The notes below the pieces were generated by a model. It did not search any database. It saw only the letters and a list, made by a program, of their open reading frames with translations, and was not told the origin of the DNA. 64,000 nucleotides of DNA from a virus (taxonomy: Duplodnaviria; Heunggongvirae; Uroviricota; Caudoviricetes), in IMG/VR virus record IMGVR_UViG_3300042892_005180, positions 1 to 64,000 of that record. One strand, given 5' to 3'. The translations under genes were made by a program, and so were the position numbers. The first letter of the stretch is position 1; each line of letters opens with the position of its first letter. Positions 1 to 8,697 of the stretch are shown piece by piece.

Positions 1-730
1 GCCCGAAAGCGAAGCAGCCCTGAAGCGATATTTCGCCAAGTTCGAAATGCCCGTCTACGTCTTCTTCCTCAATGACGACTCCGGCATCGACATCGCTCGA
101 AACTACCTCGACTTCGGTGCCGTGTTCAACCCTGACAGCGTCAAGTTCCCAAACCACAGGAATACCGGCATCTGGCAGGCCCTAGGCAAGGCGATCACCA
201 ACCGGATTGGCGATGTCCAGAGCCAGCATCCCAACGCCCTCATCGTCATCCTGACCCACAACGAAGGCGGAGCCAAACGGCACCCCATGACGCCGTGGAT
301 GATTGTCCACCGGATGGCACACGCGATGATCGATAGGTCGAACATCAACTTTCACTCGATCTACCACTCGCCGATGTTCGCTATCGCGGAAGCCTATCGG
401 GGCGACCCCCGTACAGGTGGGCACGTCGAGAAGGACGACATCTACGAAGTCCTGGAAGCGATCTGCACGTTCCGGGCGGCTCGCGAAGGCAACATTCTCG
501 GCGGCGAGCAACTCGAAATTGTCTGCGAACTCTTCACCCAGTATATGGTGCGCGGTCACGTCATCCTCGAACTGCCGGAGTTCATGACTCTGGGTGGCAA
601 GAAGTTGCCCCGCCCCACCGAAGACCTTCACGCATCCGCCCAGTCGGCTCTCAGGTACATTGCCGAGAAAGTTAACGAGAAGTTCGCCAAAATGATCGAG
701 CACGCGACCGGCAAGGTGATGGTCTGCTAG
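1..730 (+). CDS. Family-A paralog (conserved N-x-G..P-x-T-x-W...H-R-x-x-H-A block), 5' end outside the window
   Basis: The ORF is open to position 1 with no in-frame stop upstream of the first ATG at 47. The block ALIVILTHNEGGAKRHPMTPWMIVHRMAHAM aligns with the paralogs at 26323..27306 and 51030..51875. Confidence 0.6.
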   Translation, partial: PESEAALKRYFAKFEMPVYVFFLNDDSGIDIARNYLDFGAVFNPDSVKFPNHRNTGIWQALGKAITNRIGDVQSQHPNALIVILTHNEGGAKRHPMTPWMIVHRMAHAMIDRSNINFHSIYHSPMFAIAEAYRGDPRTGGHVEKDDIYEVLEAICTFRAAREGNILGGEQLEIVCELFTQYMVRGHVILELPEFMTLGGKKLPRPTEDLHASAQSALRYIAEKVNEKFAKMIEHATGKVMVC

Positions 731-1131
731 TCGGCTTGGTCTAGACCAGCCAGAGCCGCCAACGTCATGTCGCGGTCGAAGACCTCGCGTTCACCCGTTA
801 GGAGCATGATGAAGGTTTCCTCATCGGGTAAGCGCGGGTCGGCGAGATAATTCCGCTTGGCCACTACCACCCATTCGTGGTGCGTCAGCCATTTCGTATC
901 GAAATGCGCAGTAGTCTCATAGACGGCAGGCCCCCGTAGTATGAAGGAGTTGCCCGTGTAGTCGCTAATATGGAGTTCACGGTCGCTGCTCAGCCGAATG
1001 GTCGCCGCCGTCCAGTTGGTCCCGGTCCCATAGGAGTTCATGTGGCGAGATACCCGGCGCGCGATGCCGAACGCGATGGCCTTGTAAGCCACATCGGTAA
1101 GGGCGATCTGGCTTCGTGCCAGACGCATCAT
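727..1131 (-). CDS. hypothetical protein
   Basis: Downstream ORF of a minus-strand pair. Its start MMRLARSQ overlaps the upstream stop as ATGA. The Arg-rich N-extension listed by the ORF tool is rejected as junk. Confidence 0.45.
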   Translation of the reverse strand: MMRLARSQIALTDVAYKAIAFGIARRVSRHMNSYGTGTNWTAATIRLSSDRELHISDYTGNSFILRGPAVYETTAHFDTKWLTHHEWVVVAKRNYLADPRLPDEETFIMLLTGEREVFDRDMTLAALAGLDQAD

Positions 1132-1523
1132 GCGGCCTGGGATTCGGCCTCCGGCGTCCACAGGACCCGGTTGCCCTCCGTGATCTTGGCCAGTTGGCCG
1201 TTCTCGACGTGGACCTGGATGTTGGTGCGAAGTTCGCGGTCGCCGCTGGTCTCGTAGACGTAGAAATCCACCACGCCGCGCCCGTCGTCGGTCAAGTAGA
1301 AACCATCGGCGAAGACGTCCCAGCCGTTCGAGTCCGTGACGTCGGTGTCCGACCATCCCTCGGGGAGACGAGTCACACGAGCGATGTTGATGTTCGGCTC
1401 GATGGAGTTGTCGTTGACGTTATGGCGCAACGTCGCCCGCATCGTGGTCACCGAACGACCAGCCACCGTGTTGGCGAGGGCGCGAATGGTTTTCTTTTCG
1501 GCGGACGTTGGTTTGAAACGCAT
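1128..1523 (-). CDS. hypothetical protein
   Basis: 131-aa ORF preceded by GGAG and a sigma70-like TTGACA-16-TAGAAA promoter on the minus strand. Confidence 0.5.
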   Translation of the reverse strand: MRFKPTSAEKKTIRALANTVAGRSVTTMRATLRHNVNDNSIEPNINIARVTRLPEGWSDTDVTDSNGWDVFADGFYLTDDGRGVVDFYVYETSGDRELRTNIQVHVENGQLAKITEGNRVLWTPEAESQAA

Positions 1524-1546
1524 AGGTGGGGCTCCGTTGAGACCCC

Positions 1547-1574
1547 TTTCTACATGCCTCTACAGCGTTGTCAA
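1547..1574 (-). promoter_or_regulatory. sigma70-like promoter (TTGACA-16-TAGAAA) for the 1523 gene
   Basis: The minus strand reads TAGTTGACAacgctgtagaggcatgTAGAAA followed by GGAG and ATG. Confidence 0.4.
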
Positions 1575-1967
1575 CTATTCAGCCGCAAGTTTGGCGAGCA
1601 ATGCCACCCGGTCGAAGCAGGCCTTGGCCTCCCTGAAAAGTATCTTCGCATAGAACTCCCGCGTGATGCTGTTTTCAGTCCGTATTCTGAACGGCGGCTT
1701 GCCGTCCATCCAGAACATGACCAGCGAAGAAATTTTGATGTCAGGGAAGAGGGTCGTAGGCTCGGTCTCCCTGAGGAGCATGCGGATGCCGGTATCGTGG
1801 ACGAACTCGTAGCCATCGACGCGCTCCCAGCGATCAGGGTCCAGCAGCAAGGTCTCCATGTCCCTGACCGCCTCGTAGAGGGGTCGCGGCGCGCGGTGGT
1901 TCTTCCGATTGTATGGCTCTGGCTCGATGAGGGCGACCAGGAGCCAGTTGATCTCGCTGGGCTTCAT
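1575..1967 (-). CDS. hypothetical protein
   Basis: Protein-like 131-aa ORF starting at MKPSEINW. The longer tool ORF overlaps the divergent plus-strand gene. Confidence 0.4.
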   Translation of the reverse strand: MKPSEINWLLVALIEPEPYNRKNHRAPRPLYEAVRDMETLLLDPDRWERVDGYEFVHDTGIRMLLRETEPTTLFPDIKISSLVMFWMDGKPPFRIRTENSITREFYAKILFREAKACFDRVALLAKLAAE

Positions 1968-2003
1968 CAGAGATGCTTGCCCGAACGCCGCGCCCCCGGT
2001 CAA

Positions 2004-2009
2004 TAAATA
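2004..2009 (+). promoter_or_regulatory. TAAATA box, T4 late-promoter-like, 4 nt upstream of ATG
   Basis: ATAAATACctgATG. The same 15-mer recurs at 37355 on the minus strand. Confidence 0.5.
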
Positions 2010-2013
2010 CCTG

Positions 2014-2442
2014 ATGCGCGATCTCATCACCCTCGTCGAAGCCCTCAACACCAATGCGGAAGTCACCCCCTTCCAGGACCCCGATATCTCCGGGCATGAA
2101 TTTACAGTCGGGGGTCGCAAATATGTGGTCGCCTACTCCGACGACGGTGAGAACGAATACTACATGAGCTTCACTGGCGAGGACGACCGTGGTCGCCAGA
2201 CCGCCATGCTGCTAGGTCATAACGCCCCCTTCAAGGTCTTCAGCGGCGTCGTGTCTTCGATGCTTCGTGTGATCGCAGAAAGGGAGCCTGAAGAGATCAG
2301 GTTCTCCGTCGATAACCGCGAGGAAAAGCGCGCAGCCGCATATGATCGTCTCCTGGATGCGGCGGAAAAGAATGGCGTGATGCCGGATGGTTACGTCTGG
2401 GACCGCGATCAGAACTTCAACTACCGCATCTTCCGCCGCTAA
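2014..2442 (+). CDS. Leader-family protein (MRDLITLVE..), putative capsid-targeted cargo
   Basis: ATG at 2014 is preceded by ATAAATACctg. The N-terminus MRDLITLVE matches the recurring leader. The upstream part of the tool ORF is antisense junk. Confidence 0.7.
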   Translation: MRDLITLVEALNTNAEVTPFQDPDISGHEFTVGGRKYVVAYSDDGENEYYMSFTGEDDRGRQTAMLLGHNAPFKVFSGVVSSMLRVIAEREPEEIRFSVDNREEKRAAAYDRLLDAAEKNGVMPDGYVWDRDQNFNYRIFRR

Positions 2443-2449
2443 ATATCGG

Positions 2450-3193
2450 ATGCGCGATCTCATCAATCTCATCGAACAGAACGACGATTACGACTATTCT
2501 CGATGGGGTGATGACGACGAGGGTGCCGAGCCCCATGAGGCCGACTCTCTGAAGAAACTCTGGCCGAAGGATGTGGTCAACATTCCAGAATTCCAGCAGT
2601 GGTTCGCCGGTTCGAAAGTTGTTGATGAACGGGGTCTTCCGATTCTGGTTCATCGCGGCCGAGCCCAACGATGGTCGGTGATGCCGACCGGCCATGCGGA
2701 GAAACTCAGACAGGCTTTCGAACGAGACGGTTTGATGAAAAGCTTTTCGAAAGAAATGGAGTTCGCTGATCGAATGGGTGACGTCGCGTGGTTCACCGAT
2801 GACGAATTCGTCGCGCACGGCTACATGGACGGTGCCGAAGAGGGGGACGTCCTGGAAGCCTATTTGTGCCTCAAGAACCCGCTCGATCTCCGACTGGAAA
2901 GCATCGGACAAGAAGAGGCCGAACGCATCATGACCGCTATTCGCGGCGAGGCTGTCAGCCTGAACGGCGAATGGTCCCGTCCTGCCAAAGTCCTTGCCGA
3001 CAAAATCGTCTGGGACAACTCGGTCGTGGTCGCGTGGGCGAGAGCGAACGGCTATGACGGCTTGATGCACAACGACACCTGCCTCTATGGGCGCCACGTC
3101 CATCACTCCTACGTGGCCTTCCGTCCTGATCAGATCAAAGCCGCCGCCAATACCGGAGCGTTCAGCAAGACTGACGTGAACATCCACCGATGA
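2450..3193 (+). CDS. Leader-family protein (MRDLINLIE..) with C-terminal GYDG..SYV.F.P.QIK domain
   Basis: CTAAATATcggATG sits upstream. The C-terminal block ANGYDGLMHNDTCLYGRHVHHSYVAFRPDQIK is paralogous to RHGYDGFAYTNAVEDPGHTSYVTFHPGQIK in the 6757 gene. Confidence 0.7.
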   Translation: MRDLINLIEQNDDYDYSRWGDDDEGAEPHEADSLKKLWPKDVVNIPEFQQWFAGSKVVDERGLPILVHRGRAQRWSVMPTGHAEKLRQAFERDGLMKSFSKEMEFADRMGDVAWFTDDEFVAHGYMDGAEEGDVLEAYLCLKNPLDLRLESIGQEEAERIMTAIRGEAVSLNGEWSRPAKVLADKIVWDNSVVVAWARANGYDGLMHNDTCLYGRHVHHSYVAFRPDQIKAAANTGAFSKTDVNIHR

Positions 3194-3597
3194 GAGACCT
3201 GATCGCAATCGTCGAGGAATGGTGCCACCAGACCAAGCACGGTGTTGACGTGTTCAAAAACCCGTCGCGCCAAGAACTCATGCGCGAAATACAAAAAGAC
3301 GAATATGGTCAGGTGCGCTGCATAGTCTTGCCAGAAGACCTGTACGTGTTCAGCACCGATATCATTCATCTCGCGTGTGCGGATTCTTTGGGCCTATCTC
3401 ACGATATCATTGGCAGAATCTTCCTTGACAAAAAAGGCCCGTTCATCAATCGCGATGATGACATCGCAACGGTGGGCAAGCCGGGTGGCTCAGAAAATCT
3501 TTGGAACATTCAGCAGCGGGAAAATGTTGACCGCTACTGCGTGGACCACCCGATTCTGTCTCGCCTCTATCCCAACTATGTCCTGGAGGTTCGCTGA
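3190..3597 (+). CDS. Leader-family protein (MRDLIAIVE..)
   Basis: Leader motif at the N-terminus. The start overlaps the upstream stop, indicating translational coupling. Confidence 0.65.
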   Translation: MRDLIAIVEEWCHQTKHGVDVFKNPSRQELMREIQKDEYGQVRCIVLPEDLYVFSTDIIHLACADSLGLSHDIIGRIFLDKKGPFINRDDDIATVGKPGGSENLWNIQQRENVDRYCVDHPILSRLYPNYVLEVR

Positions 3598-4376
3598 TGC
3601 ATCCCTGGACTCTTGAGAACGCGAAAGCGTTCGTCGCCGATCTTCAGTCTCGTGTTCGCGGCTACGACCTGGAGATCGTGGGCGGCGTCATCCGTAAGGG
3701 CTACAGCGACAAGGACGTCGATATCGTCCTGACCAAGAACGCCGAGTTCAGCCATGCCGATGAGGCGGCCGATGCGATGCAGGCCATGGGTGCCGCATTC
3801 AAGGGCCGCATCGACAAAATCCCCATGGAGGGATGGTTCCTCGCTGACGGTCGCAGGGTCGATTTCTTCTATGCGGAGAAGGGCGACAAGCGGAAGCGCA
3901 GGCCCGTCGTGGAGACCACGATGCGGGACCTCATCATGCTAGCCGAGTCGGCCTCGCTGCCAGAGTTCGTCTACCATGGCACCATCATGCGTCTCTGGAC
4001 TGCCGCGCACACTGGCTCCACCAATCTCTTCCTGGCAAGAGATCGCGATGAGGCGGAGAGCTACGCAGATCGTTCATACGAGAATGGTTGTCAGACCGAA
4101 CTCAACGACGAAGGACATTTCCCATACGACCCCGAGTCGACTCCCATCATCGTCGAGTTTCGTCTCGCCGATCTCATGGCTGATTCCACGCTGGCGTTCG
4201 ACTACGACTGGGGCTGGGAAGACGCGGCGGACGGAACGACGTGGCAGCAATCTCTGGCCGAGGTAGGCTCCTTCGTCGTCACCGGCTTCACGGACGGGCA
4301 CCGGAAACTTGGCAAGGTCGCGCTCGCCTATCCCGAGTATCACGCTGAGCAAATGGCATTGCTTTCACAGCCCTGA
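3597..4376 (+). CDS. Minimal Pol-beta-type nucleotidyltransferase fused in frame to an internal leader (MRDLIMLAE at nt 3921) plus an H-G-T-motif domain
   Basis: GGAGG-8-ATG start. The G[GS]x9DxD nucleotidyltransferase signature is GGVIRKGYSDKDVDIVL. The second half starts TTMRDLIMLAESASLPEFVYHGT, so this looks like a fusion of two cassette units. Confidence 0.6.
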   Translation: MHPWTLENAKAFVADLQSRVRGYDLEIVGGVIRKGYSDKDVDIVLTKNAEFSHADEAADAMQAMGAAFKGRIDKIPMEGWFLADGRRVDFFYAEKGDKRKRRPVVETTMRDLIMLAESASLPEFVYHGTIMRLWTAAHTGSTNLFLARDRDEAESYADRSYENGCQTELNDEGHFPYDPESTPIIVEFRLADLMADSTLAFDYDWGWEDAADGTTWQQSLAEVGSFVVTGFTDGHRKLGKVALAYPEYHAEQMALLSQP

Positions 4377-4392
4377 TCTCTATACTGCACCG

Positions 4393-4842
4393 ATGGATAA
4401 GATCGTCGGATATTCCCTCCAGCCCATCTATGGGCCAGATTCGAACACGACCAACTGTCTCGCGACTGGCGAACCTATTCCGAGTCGCATACTCGGCGAT
4501 GCCCTGTCATTGGAGTTTGTCCGCAAGCTCCGCGCCGAGCGGGAAATCAAGAAGTTCCTGGTCGCCTTGAGCGAGAAGATTCCCGAGTATGCTTGTCGCC
4601 ACGGTAGCTCGACTGACTATGACCGCAAACGCGACTATTGGTGGTTGAGCTTCAACGTCGGCGTTCAGGTTGTTGCTTCATACGACCCCGAGGTCGGTTT
4701 CGGTCTTCGTGAGCCCTTGGGCGAGGACGAGGAAGAACCCGACCAATACGACCCGTGGAGCCAGGAGCCCGTTCTCGTCACCAAGGACCCCGAGGAAGCC
4801 GCGCAGTTCTGCACTCAGTGGGTCCCCGCCCGCTACTGGTAA
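4393..4842 (+). CDS. hypothetical protein (acidic C-terminus)
   Basis: 150-aa ORF with a TATACT-like element 6 nt upstream of ATG (tctCTATACTgcaccgATG). Confidence 0.45.
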   Translation: MDKIVGYSLQPIYGPDSNTTNCLATGEPIPSRILGDALSLEFVRKLRAEREIKKFLVALSEKIPEYACRHGSSTDYDRKRDYWWLSFNVGVQVVASYDPEVGFGLREPLGEDEEEPDQYDPWSQEPVLVTKDPEEAAQFCTQWVPARYW

Positions 4843-5195
4843 TCGGCTTGGTGATCGGTTGCCAGCATGAATGCCGCGCAGTCTTTCTGCTGCTGGAATA
4901 CGATATACATCGGATACGAGTAGGGCCCCATGGTGACGGGCTGCCAAAAGATCGTCGCCCTTTCCTTGACGTTTTCAGCCAGCCACGCGAACTCAGCATC
5001 ATGATGCTTGGCTGACCCTTCGGGTGTTTTCCTTTCTGATGAAAACTGGAGCTTGGCCTTAATGTTGGCCAGCGTTCCACCAGGAATCCTCGGAGATGAT
5101 CTCACCAGCGTGACGGTGTAGTCGGGTAGGTACAGATGAAATTCTTTCGGCGCCTCGAAAATCGGCATACCGTGAACGTGCGCGATGGCGGTCAT
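4833..5195 (-). CDS. hypothetical protein
   Basis: Start MTAIAH overlaps the upstream stop as ATGA. Confidence 0.4.
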   Translation of the reverse strand: MTAIAHVHGMPIFEAPKEFHLYLPDYTVTLVRSSPRIPGGTLANIKAKLQFSSERKTPEGSAKHHDAEFAWLAENVKERATIFWQPVTMGPYSYPMYIVFQQQKDCAAFMLATDHQADYQ

Positions 5196-5590
5196 TGTGA
5201 CCAATACCTTTCGGGGTCATCGTGGGGGCCGAACATGAGCAGGAGTTTGGCGACGTCTTTCTGGTCCCGAATGACCAGTGACCCGTTGGTGGTGAATCCA
5301 GTGACGAACTCAGCACTGGGCGCGATCTCTTGTAGCCATGCCCACTCCGCAGATTCCTGGAACGAAGTCAGCCGATTCCATTTGAAGAGGTTGAAGCTCG
5401 TCGTGAGCGCGTCGTCGTCGGTTTCTCGCACGAATGCGATTTCGGCCACCATCACGTTCTTGCGCCGATGATTGGTCAGTACGGGAATGACCTCTCCACG
5501 GCGGGTCTTGATCATCGGCCGATCATAGAGAAACACCCAACGGAGACTGGCGGGGTCACGAGATTTCAGCATAGGAGACGAATAGGCCAT
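5192..5590 (-). CDS. hypothetical protein
   Basis: 132-aa ORF divergent from the 5614 gene. Confidence 0.4.
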   Translation of the reverse strand: MAYSSPMLKSRDPASLRWVFLYDRPMIKTRRGEVIPVLTNHRRKNVMVAEIAFVRETDDDALTTSFNLFKWNRLTSFQESAEWAWLQEIAPSAEFVTGFTTNGSLVIRDQKDVAKLLLMFGPHDDPERYWSQ

Positions 5591-5613
5591 TTGGTCAAAC
5601 GAGTAAATAGGTG

Positions 5614-6039
5614 ATGCGCTATCTCGACATCATCTGCGAGCAAGCCCCATCGGGCAAAGTTGTCAGCACCAGCATGCTGGTGAAACGCTACGGTGGCTCG
5701 TTCCTCCCGTATGCTCAACTCCCCGAGCCAGCGCAGAAAGCCCTTACGAGGTGGATGGTCTATGAGGGCGAGAACACCCACTACAAGCGGTCCAGTTACG
5801 GCTACGTCGAAGTACCCATTGATGACCTGATGAAGATCATCTGGAACCAGAATGGTTTCGATGACGGTGTCTCGTTCGAAGAGTTCTGGGGAAAACCGAG
5901 CGGTATGAACCCCAAGGTCTTCAACGAAGTCTGGCCCCTCATTTGGAGCAGCCAAGGGTGGGAAGACGGCATGCACCGACTTGGACACTATCGGAAGCTT
6001 GGGCTGAAGATGATTCCCGTCGTGGGGTCGAGACGTTGA
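5614..6039 (+). CDS. Leader-like protein (MRYLDIICE..)
   Basis: GTAAATAGgtgATG upstream. The N-terminus MRYLDIICE fits the leader pattern, ending I-x-E. Confidence 0.55.
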   Translation: MRYLDIICEQAPSGKVVSTSMLVKRYGGSFLPYAQLPEPAQKALTRWMVYEGENTHYKRSSYGYVEVPIDDLMKIIWNQNGFDDGVSFEEFWGKPSGMNPKVFNEVWPLIWSSQGWEDGMHRLGHYRKLGLKMIPVVGSRR

Positions 6040-6539
6040 TGCGCGACCTCATTGACCTCATCGAAGAAGCTCGGCCGATCACGTCCGTGGACGTCGATCA
6101 GCTTCCCGCATCCGCCAAAGCCGACATCCTGGACATGTTCCAGAGCGACAACGGACCACCGGCCTTTGAAGAGTTCTGGATGGCCGACAATGGCATCATG
6201 TCCTTCAACGACACCTACATTTCGCAGTTCATTTTCGGCGATGAAAACCTGAACGTTCAGGGCGAGGGCGGTGGGCTCTTCATGGTCAACTGCCTGACTC
6301 TGGACCCACGCGTCCTCTATAGTCCTCGCCGCTCAGTCTCTGATCTGGCCGTAGACAAATACGCCGCGATGACCACGAAGGCTCCTCCGGTCCTGGTCCG
6401 TAAGGTCTCGAAGGGATGGAAGCTTGTCGAGGGCGGTCACCGGCTCGCGGCTGCCGTGAAGCGGGGCGACACCTCTATCGACGCAATCGACGTCAGCGTC
6501 TTCTTCAACATGACGGTCGAGGATTGGCGAGAACTATGA
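6039..6539 (+). CDS. Leader-family protein (MRDLIDLIE..) with ParB/Srx-like nuclease motif
   Basis: Start overlaps the upstream TGA. KLVEGGHRLAAAVKRG matches the ParB/sulfiredoxin DGxHR..A box. Confidence 0.7.
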   Translation: MRDLIDLIEEARPITSVDVDQLPASAKADILDMFQSDNGPPAFEEFWMADNGIMSFNDTYISQFIFGDENLNVQGEGGGLFMVNCLTLDPRVLYSPRRSVSDLAVDKYAAMTTKAPPVLVRKVSKGWKLVEGGHRLAAAVKRGDTSIDAIDVSVFFNMTVEDWREL

Positions 6540-6757
6540 GACACCTGATCGACCTCATTGAAAGCACCATGCGACCCGAGACATTCGTGAATGAACTCGG
6601 AAATACCATCATGGTCGAAGTCACCGAGAAAGAAATCGAAGGCGTGGACGGCGTTCTCATTCACATTGAAGGGCCGACCTCCGAAACGGACAACCACGTT
6701 ACCCGCATGGAGGCTGAAAAGATTTTCGATCACCTGAAAGCGGTGCTGGGAAAATGA
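6536..6757 (+). CDS. Leader-family small protein (MRHLIDLIE..)
   Basis: ATGA overlap with the upstream gene and a leader at the N-terminus. Confidence 0.6.
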   Translation: MRHLIDLIESTMRPETFVNELGNTIMVEVTEKEIEGVDGVLIHIEGPTSETDNHVTRMEAEKIFDHLKAVLGK

Positions 6758-8097
6758 TGCGCCATCTCATTGATTTAATCGAAAGCGTAGACGAAATCGT
6801 CTGGCACGGTTCTCCAGACAACTTTGACATCACGCAAGCGGGTCCGATGACCCATTTCGGTTCGAAGAAATCTGCTGCTCATCGTATCCACACTAAGCGG
6901 GCGGAGTTGACGCTCGGTCGCCCTCGCTCCATCACGACCGGATATCTCTTTCCGGTGCGTCTTGCTATCCACAAACCCCTGACTATTAACGACCGGCAGG
7001 GATTGAGCCACACTCCATACAAGCTCACCGATATGCTCCACTACGACCTCAAGGCGATCTCGTCTGACGAGCGAACGGAGATCATGGCAGAGCAGTGTCG
7101 GTTCGAGAAAATCGCAGAAGTGCTCTCCCGTCATGGCTATGATGGTTTCGCATACACGAACGCGGTCGAGGACCCCGGCCACACCTCTTATGTGACTTTT
7201 CATCCCGGCCAGATCAAACCTGCGGGGCCGACTGAGACCTACGTCCAGCACGGTGCCTTCAACGGCAATCTTGTAGAATCGGTAGCGATGACACCAACGC
7301 AGGCGGTTTGCGCTCTGCGAGATGAATGGATAGCTGAGCAAAACACAACTGCTTACGCGATCAACAGAGGCCAGTGCTTCGAATTTGCCGACGCCTTGGA
7401 GGAAGCATACCCAGACCTCTTCGTATCTATCGAAATAGGTAATATTTTCCGCTACGAGGGCAAATACAACGACGACCCCGTTGGATTCGACGAAGCCCTG
7501 ATTGCCCAGCATTGGCCGAATATCAAACCATATCCGGGGCTGACCTGGGAACAGATGTTCCAAGACTGCGATCTGTCTTGGCCCGGTACGCACGGGTGGG
7601 CATTCTGCGCACAGACCGGCCTGTCCTATGATGTCGAGACCCCCGAGGGCGTCAGCAATCCTTTCGACCTCCCGTTTTTCGATTCCTACAAGGCTCATGG
7701 AGCGAAGGTGCTGGCAGCAAAGCCCGTCACCGAGGAGTTTATGGGTGGATTCGAGGTCAACAGCATCTATGGACCCCAGGTCGTCGAGGTCTACCACAAC
7801 CCTTCCCGCAAAGAATTCGACACCATCCGTGCGCAGCACAAAGCCGTCCGGGGTTTCATCGACGCCGACATCTATATCTGGGACGCCCATCTGGCCGACC
7901 ATGGGATGGTGGGCAATAAGTTCAACATGAGTGGCCTTCACGCCGAGTGGCGTGACGACGGCTACCTGATCATCAACTGGAACGATTCCTGGAACGGCGC
8001 CTATGGCTACGACGACTTCGACCACGTCAAGCGCAGCATTGAAGAGAACCCCCGGATGAAGCGTCTCCTGATCGGCTTCGAGGTTGTGCGATCATGA
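6757..8097 (+). CDS. Leader-family multidomain protein (MRHLIDLIE..) with a PARP-like W-H-G-S N-domain and GYDG domain
   Basis: IVWHGSPDNFDITQAG and TGYLFPVRLAIH resemble the PARP1 LWHGSRTTNFAGILSQG and TGYMFGKGIYFA blocks. It shares the GYDG..QIK domain with the 2450 gene. Confidence 0.65.
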   Translation: MRHLIDLIESVDEIVWHGSPDNFDITQAGPMTHFGSKKSAAHRIHTKRAELTLGRPRSITTGYLFPVRLAIHKPLTINDRQGLSHTPYKLTDMLHYDLKAISSDERTEIMAEQCRFEKIAEVLSRHGYDGFAYTNAVEDPGHTSYVTFHPGQIKPAGPTETYVQHGAFNGNLVESVAMTPTQAVCALRDEWIAEQNTTAYAINRGQCFEFADALEEAYPDLFVSIEIGNIFRYEGKYNDDPVGFDEALIAQHWPNIKPYPGLTWEQMFQDCDLSWPGTHGWAFCAQTGLSYDVETPEGVSNPFDLPFFDSYKAHGAKVLAAKPVTEEFMGGFEVNSIYGPQVVEVYHNPSRKEFDTIRAQHKAVRGFIDADIYIWDAHLADHGMVGNKFNMSGLHAEWRDDGYLIINWNDSWNGAYGYDDFDHVKRSIEENPRMKRLLIGFEVVRS

Positions 8098-8208
8098 AGT
8101 TTGTGCCGAGGAAAATCCCTCACCTGATCGCGACCAAGATCGAAGACGTGTGCCCCATGCAGCCGCCTCCGAAGCCCGTCAAGCCGCGTCGTGACTGGCT
8201 GCACCCCG

Positions 8209-8277
8209 TTTACCCTATACGGTAAAAACGGGCGTCTAGGGGCCCTTCAGGGCCGGAATTTACCCTATACGGTAAAA
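8209..8277. repeat. Two copies of a 19-bp palindrome TTTACC-CTATAC-GGTAAA(A), about 50 bp apart, in a 93-bp intergenic gap
   Basis: Direct sequence observation. Each copy is a perfect 6-bp inverted repeat around CTATAC, which is the classic two-site operator geometry. Confidence 0.6.
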
Positions 8278-8403
8278 TCAGACGTCGGTGCGCTCTTCGA
8301 TGTTGCCGAAGCGGTCCACGCGAAGCATCGGAAGCACGTAGCCATCGGTCTCGTCCTTCGCAATTCCTTCGGCCATCTTGAACGTCGTGGGGCCAACGGC
8401 GAC

Positions 8404-8673
8404 GTGGCCGCCGCTTCTGGGGATGATTGCGTGTCAACGGCGGCTACCAGATTTGATCTCAAAGTCGAAATCGTTGGTGGCGTTGCCAAGCGGGGGTTCA
8501 GCAATAATGATCTCGACCTGTTGGTCACAGGAGGAGAGAACGCTGACCTCGAAGCCTTCCTCAACAGCCTGCAACGTCTGCAAATCAGCCATGAGCCCAT
8601 GTCAGTGCCCGGTGGGCCGATAGCGAGACTTTTCCTTGCCGATGATCGGGAAATCGACATTTTCTACCGTTGA
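8404..8673 (+). CDS. Minimal nucleotidyltransferase paralog; start uncertain (possible GTG)
   Basis: VEIVGGVAKRGFSNNDLDLLV ... DIFY parallels the 3597 nucleotidyltransferase (LEIVGGVIRKGYSDKDVDIVL ... DFFY). There is no in-frame ATG after the palindromes. It may be a pseudogene or start at an alternative codon. Confidence 0.35.
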   Translation: MAAASGDDCVSTAATRFDLKVEIVGGVAKRGFSNNDLDLLVTGGENADLEAFLNSLQRLQISHEPMSVPGGPIARLFLADDREIDIFYR

Positions 8674-8697
8674 GCCCAGCAGGGGGTTTCAGATAGC

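Noticed and set aside
2004-2009. Interpreting the TAAATA box as a Shine-Dalgarno substitute or mere stop-codon context
   Set aside because: It also occurs 30-50 nt upstream of several genes that have their own SD (nrdA, 39588, 41848) and on both strands in divergent intergenic regions. This fits a promoter better than a ribosome-binding element, though not exclusively.
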